Positions 46,952-58,077 of a DNA stretch of 64,000 nt are shown one piece after another. The stretch lies in the NCBI RefSeq assembly GCF_000026545.1, contig NC_011601.1. The stretch is one strand, 5' to 3'. The DNA is from Escherichia coli O127:H6 str. E2348/69. GTDB taxonomy: Bacteria; Pseudomonadota; Gammaproteobacteria; Enterobacterales; Enterobacteriaceae. The position numbers and the translations under genes are program-made. Each line of letters begins with the position of its first letter. Position 1 is the stretch's first letter. Below the pieces are notes generated by a model. That model had not been told where the DNA came from. It saw only the letters and a program-made list of their open reading frames with translations, and did not search any database.

Positions 46952-46983
46952 CTGTCAAAAGTCAGTTCAATTTACTAAAGGCG

Positions 46984-47014
46984 AAAAAAAAACCCCGCAG
47001 CTGCGGGGTTTTTC
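46984..47014. terminator. Bidirectional rho-independent terminator between convergent matP and ompA
   Basis: Hairpin ccccgcagctgcgggg (46993-47008) flanked by A9 upstream and T5 downstream. Confidence 0.85.
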
Positions 47015-47028
47015 TACCAGACGAGAAC

Positions 47029-48069
47029 TTAAGCCTGCGGCTGAGTTACAACGTCTTTGATGCCTTTAACTTCGATCTCTACGCGACGATCCGGAGCCAG
47101 GCAATCGATCAGTGCAGCACGCTGTTTCACGTTGTCACAGGTGTTGCCAGTAACCGGGTTGGATTCGCCCATACCACGTGCGGAGATTTTGTCTGCCGGG
47201 ATACCTTTAGAGATCAGGTAATCAACAACGGACTGAGCACGACGCTCGGACAGAGCCTGGTTATAAGCGTCAGAACCGATGCGGTCAGTGTAACCCAGAA
47301 CAACTACGGAACCGTCTTTCGGATCCAGGTTGCTCAGCTGGCTGTACAGCTGATCCAGAGCAGCCTGACCTTCCGGTTTCAGGGTTGCTTTGTTGAAGGT
47401 GAACAGAACGTCAGACTTCAGAGTGAAGTGCTTGGTCTGTACTTCCGGTGCCGGAGCTGGAGCCGGAGCAACTACTGGAGCTACTTCGCCCTGACCGAAA
47501 CGGTAGGAAACACCCAGGCTCAGCATGCCGTTGTCCGGACGAGTGCCGATGGTGTGTGCGTCACCGATGTTGTTGGTCCACTGGTATTCCAGACGGGTAG
47601 CGATTTCAGGAGTGATCGCATACTCAACACCGCCAGCGAAGACCGGAGAAACGCCGGTGTCGTGGTTTTTACCATAAACGTTGGATTTAGTGTCTGCACG
47701 CCATACCATACCACCCAGACGAGTGTATACGTCCAGATCGTCAGTGATTGGGTAACCCAGTTTAGCGGTCAGCTGAACGCCCTGAGCTTTATATGCACCG
47801 TTTTCAACGCTGCCTTTGTATGGCATACGACCTAACCAGTCATAACCCATTTCAAAGCCAACATACGGGTTAACCTGGTAACCACCAAAAGCACCAGCGC
47901 CCAGTTGGTTTTCATGGGTCGGACCATTGTTAGGAATAAAACCAGTGTCATGGTACTGGGACCAGCCCAGTTTAGCACCAGTGTACCAGGTGTTATCTTT
48001 CGGAGCGGCCTGCGCTACGGTAGCGAAACCAGCCAGTGCCACTGCAATCGCGATAGCTGTCTTTTTCAT
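47029..48069 (-). CDS. ompA: Outer membrane protein A OmpA (346-aa precursor)
   Basis: ORF-track entry extends to 48156; ATG at 48069 (minus) gives [21 protein letters not shown] signal peptide; APAPAPAP hinge; C-terminal OmpA-like peptidoglycan-binding domain. Confidence 0.96.
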   Translation of the reverse strand: MKKTAIAIAVALAGFATVAQAAPKDNTWYTGAKLGWSQYHDTGFIPNNGPTHENQLGAGAFGGYQVNPYVGFEMGYDWLGRMPYKGSVENGAYKAQGVQLTAKLGYPITDDLDVYTRLGGMVWRADTKSNVYGKNHDTGVSPVFAGGVEYAITPEIATRLEYQWTNNIGDAHTIGTRPDNGMLSLGVSYRFGQGEVAPVVAPAPAPAPEVQTKHFTLKSDVLFTFNKATLKPEGQAALDQLYSQLSNLDPKDGSVVVLGYTDRIGSDAYNQALSERRAQSVVDYLISKGIPADKISARGMGESNPVTGNTCDNVKQRAALIDCLAPDRRVEIEVKGIKDVVTQPQA

Positions 48070-48202
48070 TTTTTGCGCCTCGTTATCATCCAAAATACGC
48101 CATGAATATCTCCAACGAGATAACACGGTTAAATCCTTCACCGGGGATCTGCTCAATATTAACTCTACCGATATCTTCGGCTTATGCCGAGCACCCCTGG
48201 CG
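48070..48202 (-). promoter_or_regulatory. ompA long 5' untranslated leader (approximate extent)
   Basis: Non-coding stretch directly upstream of the ompA ATG; leader length (~133 nt) from memory of E. coli ompA, not measurable from sequence alone. Confidence 0.4.
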
Positions 48203-48424
48203 ATGTAAAGTCTACAACGTAGTTGAAAACTTACAAGTGTGAACTCCGTCAGGCATATGAAAAAAAAGTCTTGTATAAGGTACGTTTAATCTTTTTTGTC
48301 AGCGACAATTTACAGAAGAAAATCGCGGAAACCGCTTCAGACAAGCCTCCGCAAGGAAAATTAGTCACGACTGAAAGCATTGGCTGGGCGATAAAAAAAG
48401 TTCCAGGATTAATCCTAAATTTAC

Positions 48425-48934
48425 TTAATGATACAAATTAGAATGAATTTTTAGCCCGGAAAGTTGTCTCGTTGCGTGAGAGGATGCGCTTACCGGACGC
48501 ATAATAAACCCCATAGCGTTACCTTCATTTGCCGCATCAACAAGTTCAGCATGCTCTTCTGCAGTCAAATCATCTGCCAACCAACCGATCACCACGCTGT
48601 AATTGCCCGTGCGTAAAGCGCGAACCATTGACTCCACGGTGTGGCAAGGGGAGAGCTGGCTAATCTGCATTACTTTCGTTAAGGGTAGCCCAGATGCCTG
48701 AACCCATTCGCGACTCAGTTTTTGTTGCGGTGTTAACCAGAGTTGCCAGCGCGATTGCTGACCGAGTTGCTGTAACAATGGCAACAGTAGAAGTTGCGTC
48801 ATCATGGGCTGATCTTCGCGATAGACAACTTCACTGATAAGCCCGGCTGTAGTGTTTTCCGTAGAGACACGCGCAATTTTGCTTGCTGCGGATGAGAACG
48901 ACGAATCACGATGTGCATAGCCTGAAGTGTACAT
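48425..48934 (-). CDS. sulA: SOS cell-division inhibitor SulA (169 aa)
   Basis: ORF-track entry extends to 48991; ATG at 48934 (minus) gives [19 protein letters not shown]; LexA box immediately upstream. Confidence 0.95.
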
Positions 48935-48955
48935 AATCAATCCAGCCCTGTGAGT

Positions 48956-48975
48956 TACTGTATGAATATACAGTA
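48956..48975 (-). promoter_or_regulatory. LexA (SOS) box in the sulA promoter
   Basis: Perfect palindrome TACTGTATGAATATACAGTA (CTGT-N8-ACAG consensus), 22-41 nt upstream of the sulA ATG. Confidence 0.9.
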
Positions 48976-49151
48976 TATCCAGTGACGACAAAGATCAACC
49001 CTATTTTCGGAAAGAGCCTCGCAAATTTTGTCGTTGGTGGCGGGAAAACATAAATTAATCTTGCCCCTTAAGAATAAGTTGCCTATTTTCGTAGTTAACG
49101 GATCCGTTAATGTGAATCATTCTTTTATGTTATGATTTTAAAAGGAATTTT

Positions 49152-49781
49152 ATGAAAAGCCTCTCCTATAAGCGGATCTATAAATCACAAGAATACCTGG
49201 CAACGTTGGGCACAATTGAATACCGATCATTGTTTGGTAGTTACAGCCTGACCGTTGACGACACGGTGTTTGCGATGGTTTCTGATGGTGAGTTGTATCT
49301 TCGGGCTTGTGAGCAAAGTGCACAGTACTGTGTAAAACATCCGCCTGTCTGGCTGACATATAAAAAGTGTGGCCGATCCGTTACCCTCAATTACTATCGA
49401 GTTGATGAAAGTCTATGGCGAAATCAACTGAAGCTGGTGCGTCTGTCGAAATATTCTCTCGATGCAGCGCTGAAAGAGAAAAGCACGCGCAATACCCGGG
49501 AAAGACTGAAAGATTTGCCCAATATGTCTTTTCATCTGGAAGCGATTCTCGGGGAGGTGGGGATTAAGGATGTACGGGCGTTACGTATACTTGGGGCAAA
49601 AATGTGTTGGTTGCGACTGCGGCAGCAAAACTGTCTGGTGACAGAAAAGATTCTGTTTATGCTTGAAGGGGCCATTATCGGCATTCATGAAGCTGCGCTC
49701 CCGGTGGCACGCCGCCAGGAGCTTGCAGAATGGGCTGACTCTCTTACGCCAAAACAGGAGTTTCCTGCGGAACTTGAGTAA
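49152..49781 (+). CDS. sxy: Competence regulator Sxy/TfoX (209 aa)
   Basis: 209-aa ORF starting MKSLSYKRIYKSQEYLATLGTIEYRSLFG (TfoX N- and C-domains); 3' end overlaps the convergent yccS. Confidence 0.9.
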   Translation: MKSLSYKRIYKSQEYLATLGTIEYRSLFGSYSLTVDDTVFAMVSDGELYLRACEQSAQYCVKHPPVWLTYKKCGRSVTLNYYRVDESLWRNQLKLVRLSKYSLDAALKEKSTRNTRERLKDLPNMSFHLEAILGEVGIKDVRALRILGAKMCWLRLRQQNCLVTEKILFMLEGAIIGIHEAALPVARRQELAEWADSLTPKQEFPAELE

Positions 49782-51897
49782 TCTGGCGTTGCAGACGACC
49801 AATCTCTGGCAGTAATGCAATCAATAACCCAACTTGTTGTACGACCAGAGGTTCTTTGCTGTCTGCCCGTGGTTCAAGTTGCTGCATCCGCTGTTTCAGG
49901 CCAGCTAATGCCTGATTGACGCGTTCTTCATCAGCAGGTTGATGATGTAGCGCGTCATCAACATAGCAAACTGCGTCATCAAGAAACGCCAGAATTTCAG
50001 GATTAGTTAACTGCTCCCGGTGAGCACCGAGGGCTGAGATATAGCTGGTAAACGTATGGTTAAGGCACAGCAACCGAAACGCGGCTTCGCGAATTTGCGG
50101 GGTAACGTTCGGTTCGCTGGACATATTTGATACCACCGACGCCAGTTCAGCATCACGGTTGTGTGCATCGCGGCGGGCAATACGATACGCCAGACGGTTA
50201 TCACGCCCCTGATGGTATTGCTCCAGTATGGCATCGAGATACCGACAGTTGGCCTCGGTGGCGCGTTCGAGCATTCGCGGCAGATTGCGAAACTTCCAGT
50301 CAGGCCAGATGTAGCTCACTGCAGCCCACGCAATGGCACAACCAATCAGCGTATCGATTACGCGAGGTAACGCCACTTCAAAACCTTCACCCAGCAAGTT
50401 GAAACACAGTAGCACCAAAAGTGTGATGAACATCGTTGCATGGGCGTATTGCACGTTACGGAAGGCAAAAAAGAGCACGCCGGTAATAACCAGCAGCACC
50501 AGCTGCCCTTCCAGTGATGGCACAAACCACAGCACAGGAATGCCAATTGCGATACCTACCAGCGTACCAATAATCCTTAACTTCAGGCGGTGGCGCGTGG
50601 CGTTATAGTTTGGCTGGCAGACAAACAAACTTGTCAGCAAGATCCAATACCCGTGATGCATTCCGGTTATCTGAATGATGGCGTAGCCGAAGCACAACAC
50701 CAGCGACATTCTTACTGCATGACGGAAGAGGGCGGATTCCGGCGTGAAGTGACGGCTAAGACGCAGCCAGATATCACTCAATCCGTGCGGGCTGTCATCA
50801 GCGAGCTCATTTTCGTCATTATTATGGGGCAGTGCCTGGGCCTGTTCTGATTCAATTGTTGCCAGTTGGGCATCAATGGCACGTAAATTGTTCAGTAAAA
50901 ATCCCAGTGTTTTGAGTAAATCAGCAGGAGCGCCGTTATCGCGCATCCGCTCCAGCGCAGCATCAATATGCGTAAAAGCGCGCTCAAAATGCGGATCATG
51001 TTGATAAGGCTGACGCAGCAAAATACAGCGTGACAGTTGCTGGCACGCCTGGCCCTGCATCGACATCAGCCGCTGAAAACGGAACAGCACGTCGCTGTGG
51101 CGAAAATGTTCACGCAATGTTTGATATTGAATATGAGAAGAGCTGGCACGCTCGTGAATATCCTGTGCGACAAAGTAATAATGCAGTGTGCGACGCGTTC
51201 CCCGTTGACCACGATCGCCACGTAAGCGGGTCAGCAGCGAGAGTTTCGTCTGATTCAATGTCGCCATCAGCTGACCGTTGGCGAGAGCCAAATCGTACAG
51301 CGGTGCCTGGCTTTCATCTTCAATATCAGGATCAAACATGCGCGACTTGAGCTCAAGATAACGCGCCAGTTGTTCATAGCAACGCGCCAGGTTGTCCTGC
51401 AGCGGGCGGACCGGGAACAGCAGATGACCAATAAGTGTCAGGACGTTGTACCAGACGGCACCGGCCAGAAGATACATCGGCTGCTGATACCAGTGCTCAT
51501 ACAGTGATGTTCCCAACATAGTGTAAATGGCGATCAGCAATGCACCGAAGGCAATTGTTGCATAGCGTTGACCCAGACCGCCGAGCAAAATGAAGCCGCT
51601 GGTAGAGAGCGTTAAGCCAATCGCAAATAGCCAGGGCCAGGGAAACAGCAATTCTACTGAGGCTGAGGCGATAAAAAAGCAGAACAGCGTAATGATGAGG
51701 TTACGCAAACGTCCCGCCAGTCGGTCATCGAGATCGGTCAGCGCCGCTGCCACCATCCCCAGCGTCAGCGGAATCGTCAGTTTTACATCACCCAGCCACC
51801 ACGGAAACGCTGTGGTTCCACAAAGCGCAATAAAAATACGCGCGTAATACAGCCAGGCGCTGTTCCAGGTATAGCGTTTGAGCAAAGGACTTAGCAT
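49744..51897 (-). CDS. yccS: Inner membrane protein YccS (about 717 aa)
   Basis: Large polytopic membrane ORF; the track gives 720 aa (start 51906, MAFMLSP); recalled protein starts at MLSPLLKRYTWN (51897). The true start is uncertain by 9 nt. Confidence 0.8.
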   Translation of the reverse strand: MLSPLLKRYTWNSAWLYYARIFIALCGTTAFPWWLGDVKLTIPLTLGMVAAALTDLDDRLAGRLRNLIITLFCFFIASASVELLFPWPWLFAIGLTLSTSGFILLGGLGQRYATIAFGALLIAIYTMLGTSLYEHWYQQPMYLLAGAVWYNVLTLIGHLLFPVRPLQDNLARCYEQLARYLELKSRMFDPDIEDESQAPLYDLALANGQLMATLNQTKLSLLTRLRGDRGQRGTRRTLHYYFVAQDIHERASSSHIQYQTLREHFRHSDVLFRFQRLMSMQGQACQQLSRCILLRQPYQHDPHFERAFTHIDAALERMRDNGAPADLLKTLGFLLNNLRAIDAQLATIESEQAQALPHNNDENELADDSPHGLSDIWLRLSRHFTPESALFRHAVRMSLVLCFGYAIIQITGMHHGYWILLTSLFVCQPNYNATRHRLKLRIIGTLVGIAIGIPVLWFVPSLEGQLVLLVITGVLFFAFRNVQYAHATMFITLLVLLCFNLLGEGFEVALPRVIDTLIGCAIAWAAVSYIWPDWKFRNLPRMLERATEANCRYLDAILEQYHQGRDNRLAYRIARRDAHNRDAELASVVSNMSSEPNVTPQIREAAFRLLCLNHTFTSYISALGAHREQLTNPEILAFLDDAVCYVDDALHHQPADEERVNQALAGLKQRMQQLEPRADSKEPLVVQQVGLLIALLPEIGRLQRQITQVPQETPVLA

Positions 51898-51915
51898 AAA
51901 GGCCATATTAGTGGA

Positions 51916-52362
51916 TTATTCAAAACGACGACGTGCATTGGCTTCGCGCGCAGCTTGCGCTGTTTCTACCGATACCACGCGACGACCGACCGGCCATAGT
52001 GCAATAGCGGCAATTTTAAAGTTCGCAATACCGACAGGAATGCCAATGATGGAAATACATTGTGCGATGCCCGTTGCAATGTGCATCAGGCATAACCACC
52101 AGCCAAAGAAAATCAGCCAGAAAATATTCAATACCGTACCGCCAGTATTCAGCAGCACATTTTTGCCAGCCGGGTTCAGTTCATCGACATGAATAGCTTC
52201 ATTGCCATAAGGCACCAGAGACAGTTTAGTGATCTCCCAGCAGGATCGTGTCAGCGGTAAGGTAAAAATCAGCACAATACTGACCAGAGTCGCCAACAGC
52301 CAGCCCAGAGTGGTGGCAAATCCGCCAAGCACAAAGTTCAGAATGTTCAAAACGGTACGCAT
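51916..52362 (-). CDS. yccF: Inner membrane protein YccF (148 aa)
   Basis: 148-aa hydrophobic ORF; stop 10-19 nt upstream of the yccS start (likely co-transcribed). Confidence 0.85.
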   Translation of the reverse strand: MRTVLNILNFVLGGFATTLGWLLATLVSIVLIFTLPLTRSCWEITKLSLVPYGNEAIHVDELNPAGKNVLLNTGGTVLNIFWLIFFGWWLCLMHIATGIAQCISIIGIPVGIANFKIAAIALWPVGRRVVSVETAQAAREANARRRFE

Positions 52363-52484
52363 AAAACCTCGCTTTACTGTGGTTTTCAGTAATGGGCGGC
52401 AATTGTAACGTTTTTTTGGGCTGGAGCACGTTTTCTCTGACGGTTACACTGATAAGAAATAATTTCGTGTGGATCTACAGAGTC

Positions 52485-54539
52485 ATGGAACTGAAAGCGA
52501 CAACGCTTGGAAAACGTCTGGCACAGCACCCTTACGATCGGGCGGTGATCCTCAATGCCGGGATTAAAGTCTCCGGCGATCGCCACGAATACCTTATTCC
52601 TTTCAATCAATTACTGGCGATTCACTGTAAGCGCGGTCTGGTATGGGGCGAGCTGGAATTTGTACTGCCGGACGAAAAAGTGGTGCGTCTGCACGGCACC
52701 GAATGGGGCGAGACGCAGCGTTTTTACCATCATCTTGATGCTCACTGGCGGCGGTGGAGTGGCGAGATGAGCGAAATTGCGTCTGGTGTTTTACGCCAGC
52801 AACTGGATTTGATTGCCACGCGCACCGGAGAAAATAAATGGCTGACGCGTGAGCAAACCTCTGGCGTTCAGCAACAAATCCGCCTGGCTATGTCGGCGTT
52901 GCCGTTGCCGGTTAACCGACTGGAAGAATTCGATAACTGCCGTGAGGCGTGGCGTAAATGTCAGGCCTGGTTGAAAGACATTGAAAGCGCTCGGTTGCAG
53001 CATAATCAGGCGTATACCGAAGCCATGCTTACCGAGTATGCGGATTTTTTCCGCCAGGTCGAGTCTTCACCGCTGAATCCGGCGCAGGCCCGGGCAGTCG
53101 TTAATGGCGAGCATTCTTTGTTAGTGCTGGCTGGTGCAGGAAGCGGAAAAACGTCGGTGCTGGTGGCCCGTGCAGGCTGGTTGCTGGCGCGTGGTGAAGC
53201 GTCCCCTGAGCAAATTTTATTGCTGGCGTTTGGTCGCAAAGCCGCTGAAGAGATGGACGAGCGTATTCGAGAACGACTACATACCGAAGACATTACCGCA
53301 CGCACGTTTCATGCGCTGGCGCTGCATATTATTCAGCAGGGCAGCAAAAAAGTTCCGATAGTCAGCAAACTGGAAAATGATACCGCTGCCCGTCATGAAC
53401 TTTTTATTGCTGAGTGGCGCAAGCAATGCAGCGAAAAGAAAGCGCAGGCGAAGGGCTGGCGGCAATGGCTGACGGAAGAAATGCAGTGGTCAGTGCCAGA
53501 AGGTAATTTCTGGGATGATGAAAAATTACAGCGTCGTCTTGCCTCTCGCCTCGATCGCTGGGTAAGTCTGATGCGGATGCACGGTGGTGCACAGGCAGAA
53601 ATGATTGCCAGTGCACCCGAAGAGATTCGCGATCTGTTCAGTAAACGTATCAAGTTGATGGCCCCGTTATTAAAAGCCTGGAAAGGTGCGCTGAAGGCAG
53701 AAAACGCTGTCGATTTTTCGGGCCTTATTCACCAGGCGATTGTGATTCTGGAGAAAGGTCGCTTTATCAGCCCGTGGAAGCATATTCTGGTTGATGAATT
53801 TCAGGATATCTCGCCGCAGCGTGCAGCGTTGTTAGCGGCATTACGCAAGCAAAATAGTCAAACGACGTTGTTCGCTGTTGGTGATGACTGGCAGGCGATT
53901 TACCGATTCAGCGGTGCGCAAATGTCGCTTACCACGGCTTTCCATGAAAACTTTGGTGAAGGTGATCGCTGCGATTTAGACACGACTTACCGTTTTAACA
54001 GTCGTATCGGTGAGGTGGCAAACCGGTTTATTCAGCAGAACCCAGGCCAGCTGAAAAAGCCGCTAAACAGCTTAACCAATGGAGACAAAAAAGCCGTCAC
54101 ATTATTGGATGAGGGGCAACTTGACGCTTTGCTGGATAAGCTCTCTGGTTATGCCAAACCGGAAGAGCGCATTCTGATCCTGGCGCGTTACCATCACATG
54201 AGGCCTGCCAGCCTGGAAAAAGCGGCAACACGCTGGCCGAAGTTGCAAATCGACTTTATGACCATTCATGCCAGCAAAGGGCAACAGGCGGATTACGTCA
54301 TCATCGTTGGCTTGCAGGAGGGGAGTGATGGTTTTCCGGCTGCGGCGCGGGAGTCGATTATGGAAGAGGCGCTACTGCCACCGGTTGAGGATTTCCCGGA
54401 CGCTGAAGAACGGCGGTTAATGTACGTGGCGCTGACCCGGGCACGCCATCGGGTATGGGCACTGTTTAACAAAGAGAATCCCTCTCCCTTTGTGGATATA
54501 CTGAAAAATCTGGATGTGCCGGTGGCGAGAAAACCGTAA
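52485..54539 (+). CDS. helD: DNA helicase IV HelD (684 aa)
   Basis: ORF-track entry starts at 52392; ATG at 52485 gives MELKATTLGKRLAQHPYDRAV (684 aa); UvrD-like helicase motif LAGAGSGKTSVL. Confidence 0.95.
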   Translation: MELKATTLGKRLAQHPYDRAVILNAGIKVSGDRHEYLIPFNQLLAIHCKRGLVWGELEFVLPDEKVVRLHGTEWGETQRFYHHLDAHWRRWSGEMSEIASGVLRQQLDLIATRTGENKWLTREQTSGVQQQIRLAMSALPLPVNRLEEFDNCREAWRKCQAWLKDIESARLQHNQAYTEAMLTEYADFFRQVESSPLNPAQARAVVNGEHSLLVLAGAGSGKTSVLVARAGWLLARGEASPEQILLLAFGRKAAEEMDERIRERLHTEDITARTFHALALHIIQQGSKKVPIVSKLENDTAARHELFIAEWRKQCSEKKAQAKGWRQWLTEEMQWSVPEGNFWDDEKLQRRLASRLDRWVSLMRMHGGAQAEMIASAPEEIRDLFSKRIKLMAPLLKAWKGALKAENAVDFSGLIHQAIVILEKGRFISPWKHILVDEFQDISPQRAALLAALRKQNSQTTLFAVGDDWQAIYRFSGAQMSLTTAFHENFGEGDRCDLDTTYRFNSRIGEVANRFIQQNPGQLKKPLNSLTNGDKKAVTLLDEGQLDALLDKLSGYAKPEERILILARYHHMRPASLEKAATRWPKLQIDFMTIHASKGQQADYVIIVGLQEGSDGFPAAARESIMEEALLPPVEDFPDAEERRLMYVALTRARHRVWALFNKENPSPFVDILKNLDVPVARKP

Positions 54540-54568
54540 GAAACAGGTGGCGTTTGCCACCTGTGCAA
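54540..54568. terminator. Candidate shared terminator hairpin between convergent helD and mgsA
   Basis: Hairpin acaggtggcgtttgccacctgt (54543-54563); flanking U-runs are weak. Confidence 0.45.
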
Positions 54569-54570
54569 TA

Positions 54571-55029
54571 TTACTTCAGACGGTCTGCGAGATAACGCTG
54601 ATAATCGGGGATCAGAATATCGACCGCGTCGTTAAAATGCGGTGACTGGATAATGAAGTCTGCCGTTGCCACGTTGGTGGCGACCGGAATGTTCCATACC
54701 GTTGCCAGACGCAGCAAGGCTTTCACGTCAGGATCGTGCGGCACGGCATTTAGTGGGTCCCAGAAGAAAATCAATACATCAATTTTCCCTTCTGAGATCA
54801 ATGCGCCAACCTGCTGGTCACCCCCCATTGGGCCACTCAACATCGCGTTGACGTTCATGCCGGTCGCGCGGGAAATTAAGTTACCGGTAGTGCCTGTTGC
54901 ATACAGTACGTGTTGTTCCAGTAACGGTTGATGCCGTTCCACCCAGCTCATCAGCATTTGTTTGCAGTGATCGTGTGCCACCAGCGCAATATGTTTCCGC
55001 GAAGGTAAAGTGCGAGTCGTCAGTTCCAT
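54571..55029 (-). CDS. mgsA: Methylglyoxal synthase MgsA (152 aa)
   Basis: ORF-track entry extends to 55038; ATG at 55029 (minus) gives [21 protein letters not shown]. Confidence 0.95.
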
Positions 55030-55124
55030 AATGTACATCCGTAGTTAACTTTCCTACAGATTACTGTAAGTACTTATCGCTGCAAGATAAAGACTGAAAA
55101 AGCCTGCGCACAGGCACAAAAATC

Positions 55125-55787
55125 TCAGGAGGATGGTTGTTTTTCCGCCCATTGCAGGAAAGTATTTCGCGTTTGTGGGTCAGCCAGTTTAAACCAATAC
55201 TTCAGCCGTTGTTCTGTGAGCACCTGAGACTGCGGCGGAATAGCATCCAGCTCGGAAACACCCGAAAGCAGCGTACTGTCATCTGCCATCATCGTGGCAA
55301 ATTGCGGTAGTGAAGCGCGTTTCGCGGATTTGTTATAGCGTTCAACCTCGACCTCATAATCAATCGTTTTTGCCGTTGAGGTAATGGCGAGAATATCCAG
55401 CTTTACCGGAATCGGCGTCGCATCGCCATCCAACAATTCAAGGCGCGGCGCGGCATCAAAATGGTTAGCTTCCCGCTCATTCTCCAGGCGAGGCAGGCGA
55501 AAATTGACCTGGTTGATGAGCTGGGTATTAAAACTAACCACCAGTGGAGGGGAGATATAGAGCCGTTCTTCACTATTGGAAAGATGAATCGTCTTCTCAA
55601 CGCGAAACACTAACTGATGCGGTCCATTGTCCAGTTCAATGCTGTCCGCACCGCGCAGCAGAGAGCTGGAAACCTTCTTACCGTCGAGTACCAGAAGATC
55701 GACATCAGTAGAAAGCCGCAGCGTGGTGGCAAAAACGGATACCGGCAAACATAATGCAATCAAGGTGGTCACGATGCCGGTTTTCAT
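55125..55787 (-). CDS. yccT: Secreted DUF2057-family protein YccT (220 aa)
   Basis: 220-aa ORF with N-terminal signal peptide [20 protein letters not shown]. Confidence 0.85.
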
Positions 55788-55959
55788 AGATAGCTCCTGT
55801 TAAAAGACCGCCCGAATAATAATGTGTCAAAATTTTTCTTTAATCATACTTACTAACATATAGACATATTTCCCGCTTTTGCTTTCATTCATTCGTATTA
55901 GCTGCATGGTTGGCATGTCGGCTTTGTCGTACACTTTGTTAAACAGTCTGGAGGAAATA

Positions 55960-56373
55960 ATGAAAGAAACCGATATTGCAGGCATTTTAACGTCCACTCA
56001 CACCATTGCGCTGGTGGGGGCAAGCGACAAACCCGATCGTCCCAGCTATCGCGTGATGAAATATCTACTCGACCAGGGGTATCACGTCATTCCTGTTTCG
56101 CCAAAAGTTGCCGGCAAAACACTGCTGGGCCAGCAGGGGTATGGCACGCTGGCAGACGTTCCAGAAAAAGTCGATATGGTCGATGTTTTCCGTAATTCAG
56201 AAGCGGCGTGGGGCGTGGCGCAGGAAGCTATCGCCATTGGCGCGAAAACCCTCTGGATGCAACTGGGGGTGATTAATGAGCAAGCGGCAGTGCTGGCGCG
56301 TGATGCAGGGCTAAACGTGGTGATGGATCGCTGCCCGGCGATTGAGATCCCTCGCCTGGGCCTGGCCAAATAA
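55960..56373 (+). CDS. yccU: CoA-binding domain protein YccU (137 aa)
   Basis: ORF-track entry starts at 55879; ATG at 55960 preceded by GGAGGA gives [30 protein letters not shown] (137 aa). Confidence 0.85.
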   Translation: MKETDIAGILTSTHTIALVGASDKPDRPSYRVMKYLLDQGYHVIPVSPKVAGKTLLGQQGYGTLADVPEKVDMVDVFRNSEAAWGVAQEAIAIGAKTLWMQLGVINEQAAVLARDAGLNVVMDRCPAIEIPRLGLAK

Positions 56374-56412
56374 AAAATCCCCGGAAGGCAAAAACCTTCC
56401 GGGGATTTGTTC
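56374..56412. terminator. Bidirectional rho-independent terminator between convergent yccU and hspQ
   Basis: Hairpin atccccggaaggcaaaaaccttccggggat (56377-56406) with A-run upstream and ttgtt downstream. Confidence 0.75.
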
Positions 56413-56417
56413 AGGGA

Positions 56418-56792
<375 letters not shown>

Positions 56793-57983
56793 TTACATGA
56801 CGCGACAGGCAAACCCTTTCAGATATAGCCCTTCCGGGTAGGTAGCGATCACCGGATGATCGGCTGCCTGACGGAACTGCTCTATAAATTGTACATCACG
56901 ACCGGCATCAATTGCGGCATCCGCGATGATTTTCTGAAATAAATCGCTGGTCATCAGACCGGAACAGGAGAAAGTCAGGAGAATACCGCCTTCATTCAGC
57001 AACTGAATCGCCAGCATGTTGATGTCTTTATAACCACGACACGCGCCCATCAACTGGCTTTTATTCTCAACAAACTTCGGCGGGTCCATCACGATAACAT
57101 CAAATTTTTCACCGCGATCGCGATAAGTACGCAGCAATTTAAAGACATCATCACGGACAAACTCTGCCTTGCTCAGATCCAGTTTGTTCAGCTCAACGTT
57201 CTGCCGTGCAATATCCAGCGCTTCGTGGGAGGTATCAACGCTGACAACCTGGCTGCAACCGCCCATCAATGCCGATACGGCGAAACCACCGGTATAGGAG
57301 AAACAGTTAAGTACGCGTTTATTTTCGACGTAGCGGCGGGTAGCCAGGCGGCTGTCACGCTGGTCCAGGTAGTAGCCCGTTTTGTGTCCGTGCTGAATAT
57401 CCACCAGCAGTTTCATGCCGTGTTCTTCAATCGGCAGCAGGGCAGGCGGCAACTCGCCGGTGATGGGGCCCTGAGTCAGCTCCATCCCTTCTTTTTTACG
57501 TACCGCGACGTCGCTGCGATCGTAAATAGCACATTCCGGGTACAGCGTTTGCAGGACACTAATTAATGCCGCGCGCTGATACTCTGCGCCAGCACTCAGC
57601 AGTTGCAGCACCAGAAAATTACCGAAACGATCGATAGTAATACCCGGCAGGCCATCAGATTCTCCGGCGATTAAACGATAGCTGTCGAGGCCATCTTTTT
57701 GCGCCAGCCAGTCACGCCATTTTTGTGCTTGCTGTAAACGGCGGGTAAAAAAAGCAATGTCGATAGACTCAGACGGGTCAAACGTCCAGACGCGCGCCCG
57801 GATTTGCGAAGCTGGCGAATAAGCGCCGCGTGCTAACCATTTTCCCTGATGATCAACAATATCGATGGTTTCACCGAGGCTGGCTTTACCTTCCATGCGG
57901 GCAACGGCCCCGGAAAAGACCCACGGATGGCGACGAAGTAATGATTTTTCGCGCCCTTTGGCTAACACTAAACGTACACTCAT
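56793..57983 (-). CDS. rlmI: 23S rRNA m5C1962 methyltransferase RlmI (YccW, 396 aa)
   Basis: 396-aa ORF; PUA-like N-terminus and SAM-dependent MTase C-terminal domain. Confidence 0.9.
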   Translation of the reverse strand: MSVRLVLAKGREKSLLRRHPWVFSGAVARMEGKASLGETIDIVDHQGKWLARGAYSPASQIRARVWTFDPSESIDIAFFTRRLQQAQKWRDWLAQKDGLDSYRLIAGESDGLPGITIDRFGNFLVLQLLSAGAEYQRAALISVLQTLYPECAIYDRSDVAVRKKEGMELTQGPITGELPPALLPIEEHGMKLLVDIQHGHKTGYYLDQRDSRLATRRYVENKRVLNCFSYTGGFAVSALMGGCSQVVSVDTSHEALDIARQNVELNKLDLSKAEFVRDDVFKLLRTYRDRGEKFDVIVMDPPKFVENKSQLMGACRGYKDINMLAIQLLNEGGILLTFSCSGLMTSDLFQKIIADAAIDAGRDVQFIEQFRQAADHPVIATYPEGLYLKGFACRVM

Positions 57984-58077
57984 AATTTACTTTTCTGTCG
58001 ATGCAAAGAAATGGGCGTCATTGTCCGGAGTTTTCCATGGATTTGCAACGCGTCCATTAAGGATAAGGAGAGCAGCA

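Noticed and set aside
48223-48441. 72-aa intergenic ORF between ompA and sulA on the + strand
   Set aside because: Starts with TTG, has no obvious Shine-Dalgarno, and lies in the region that should contain the ompA promoter/leader (minus strand) and the sulA 3' end; no family resemblance.
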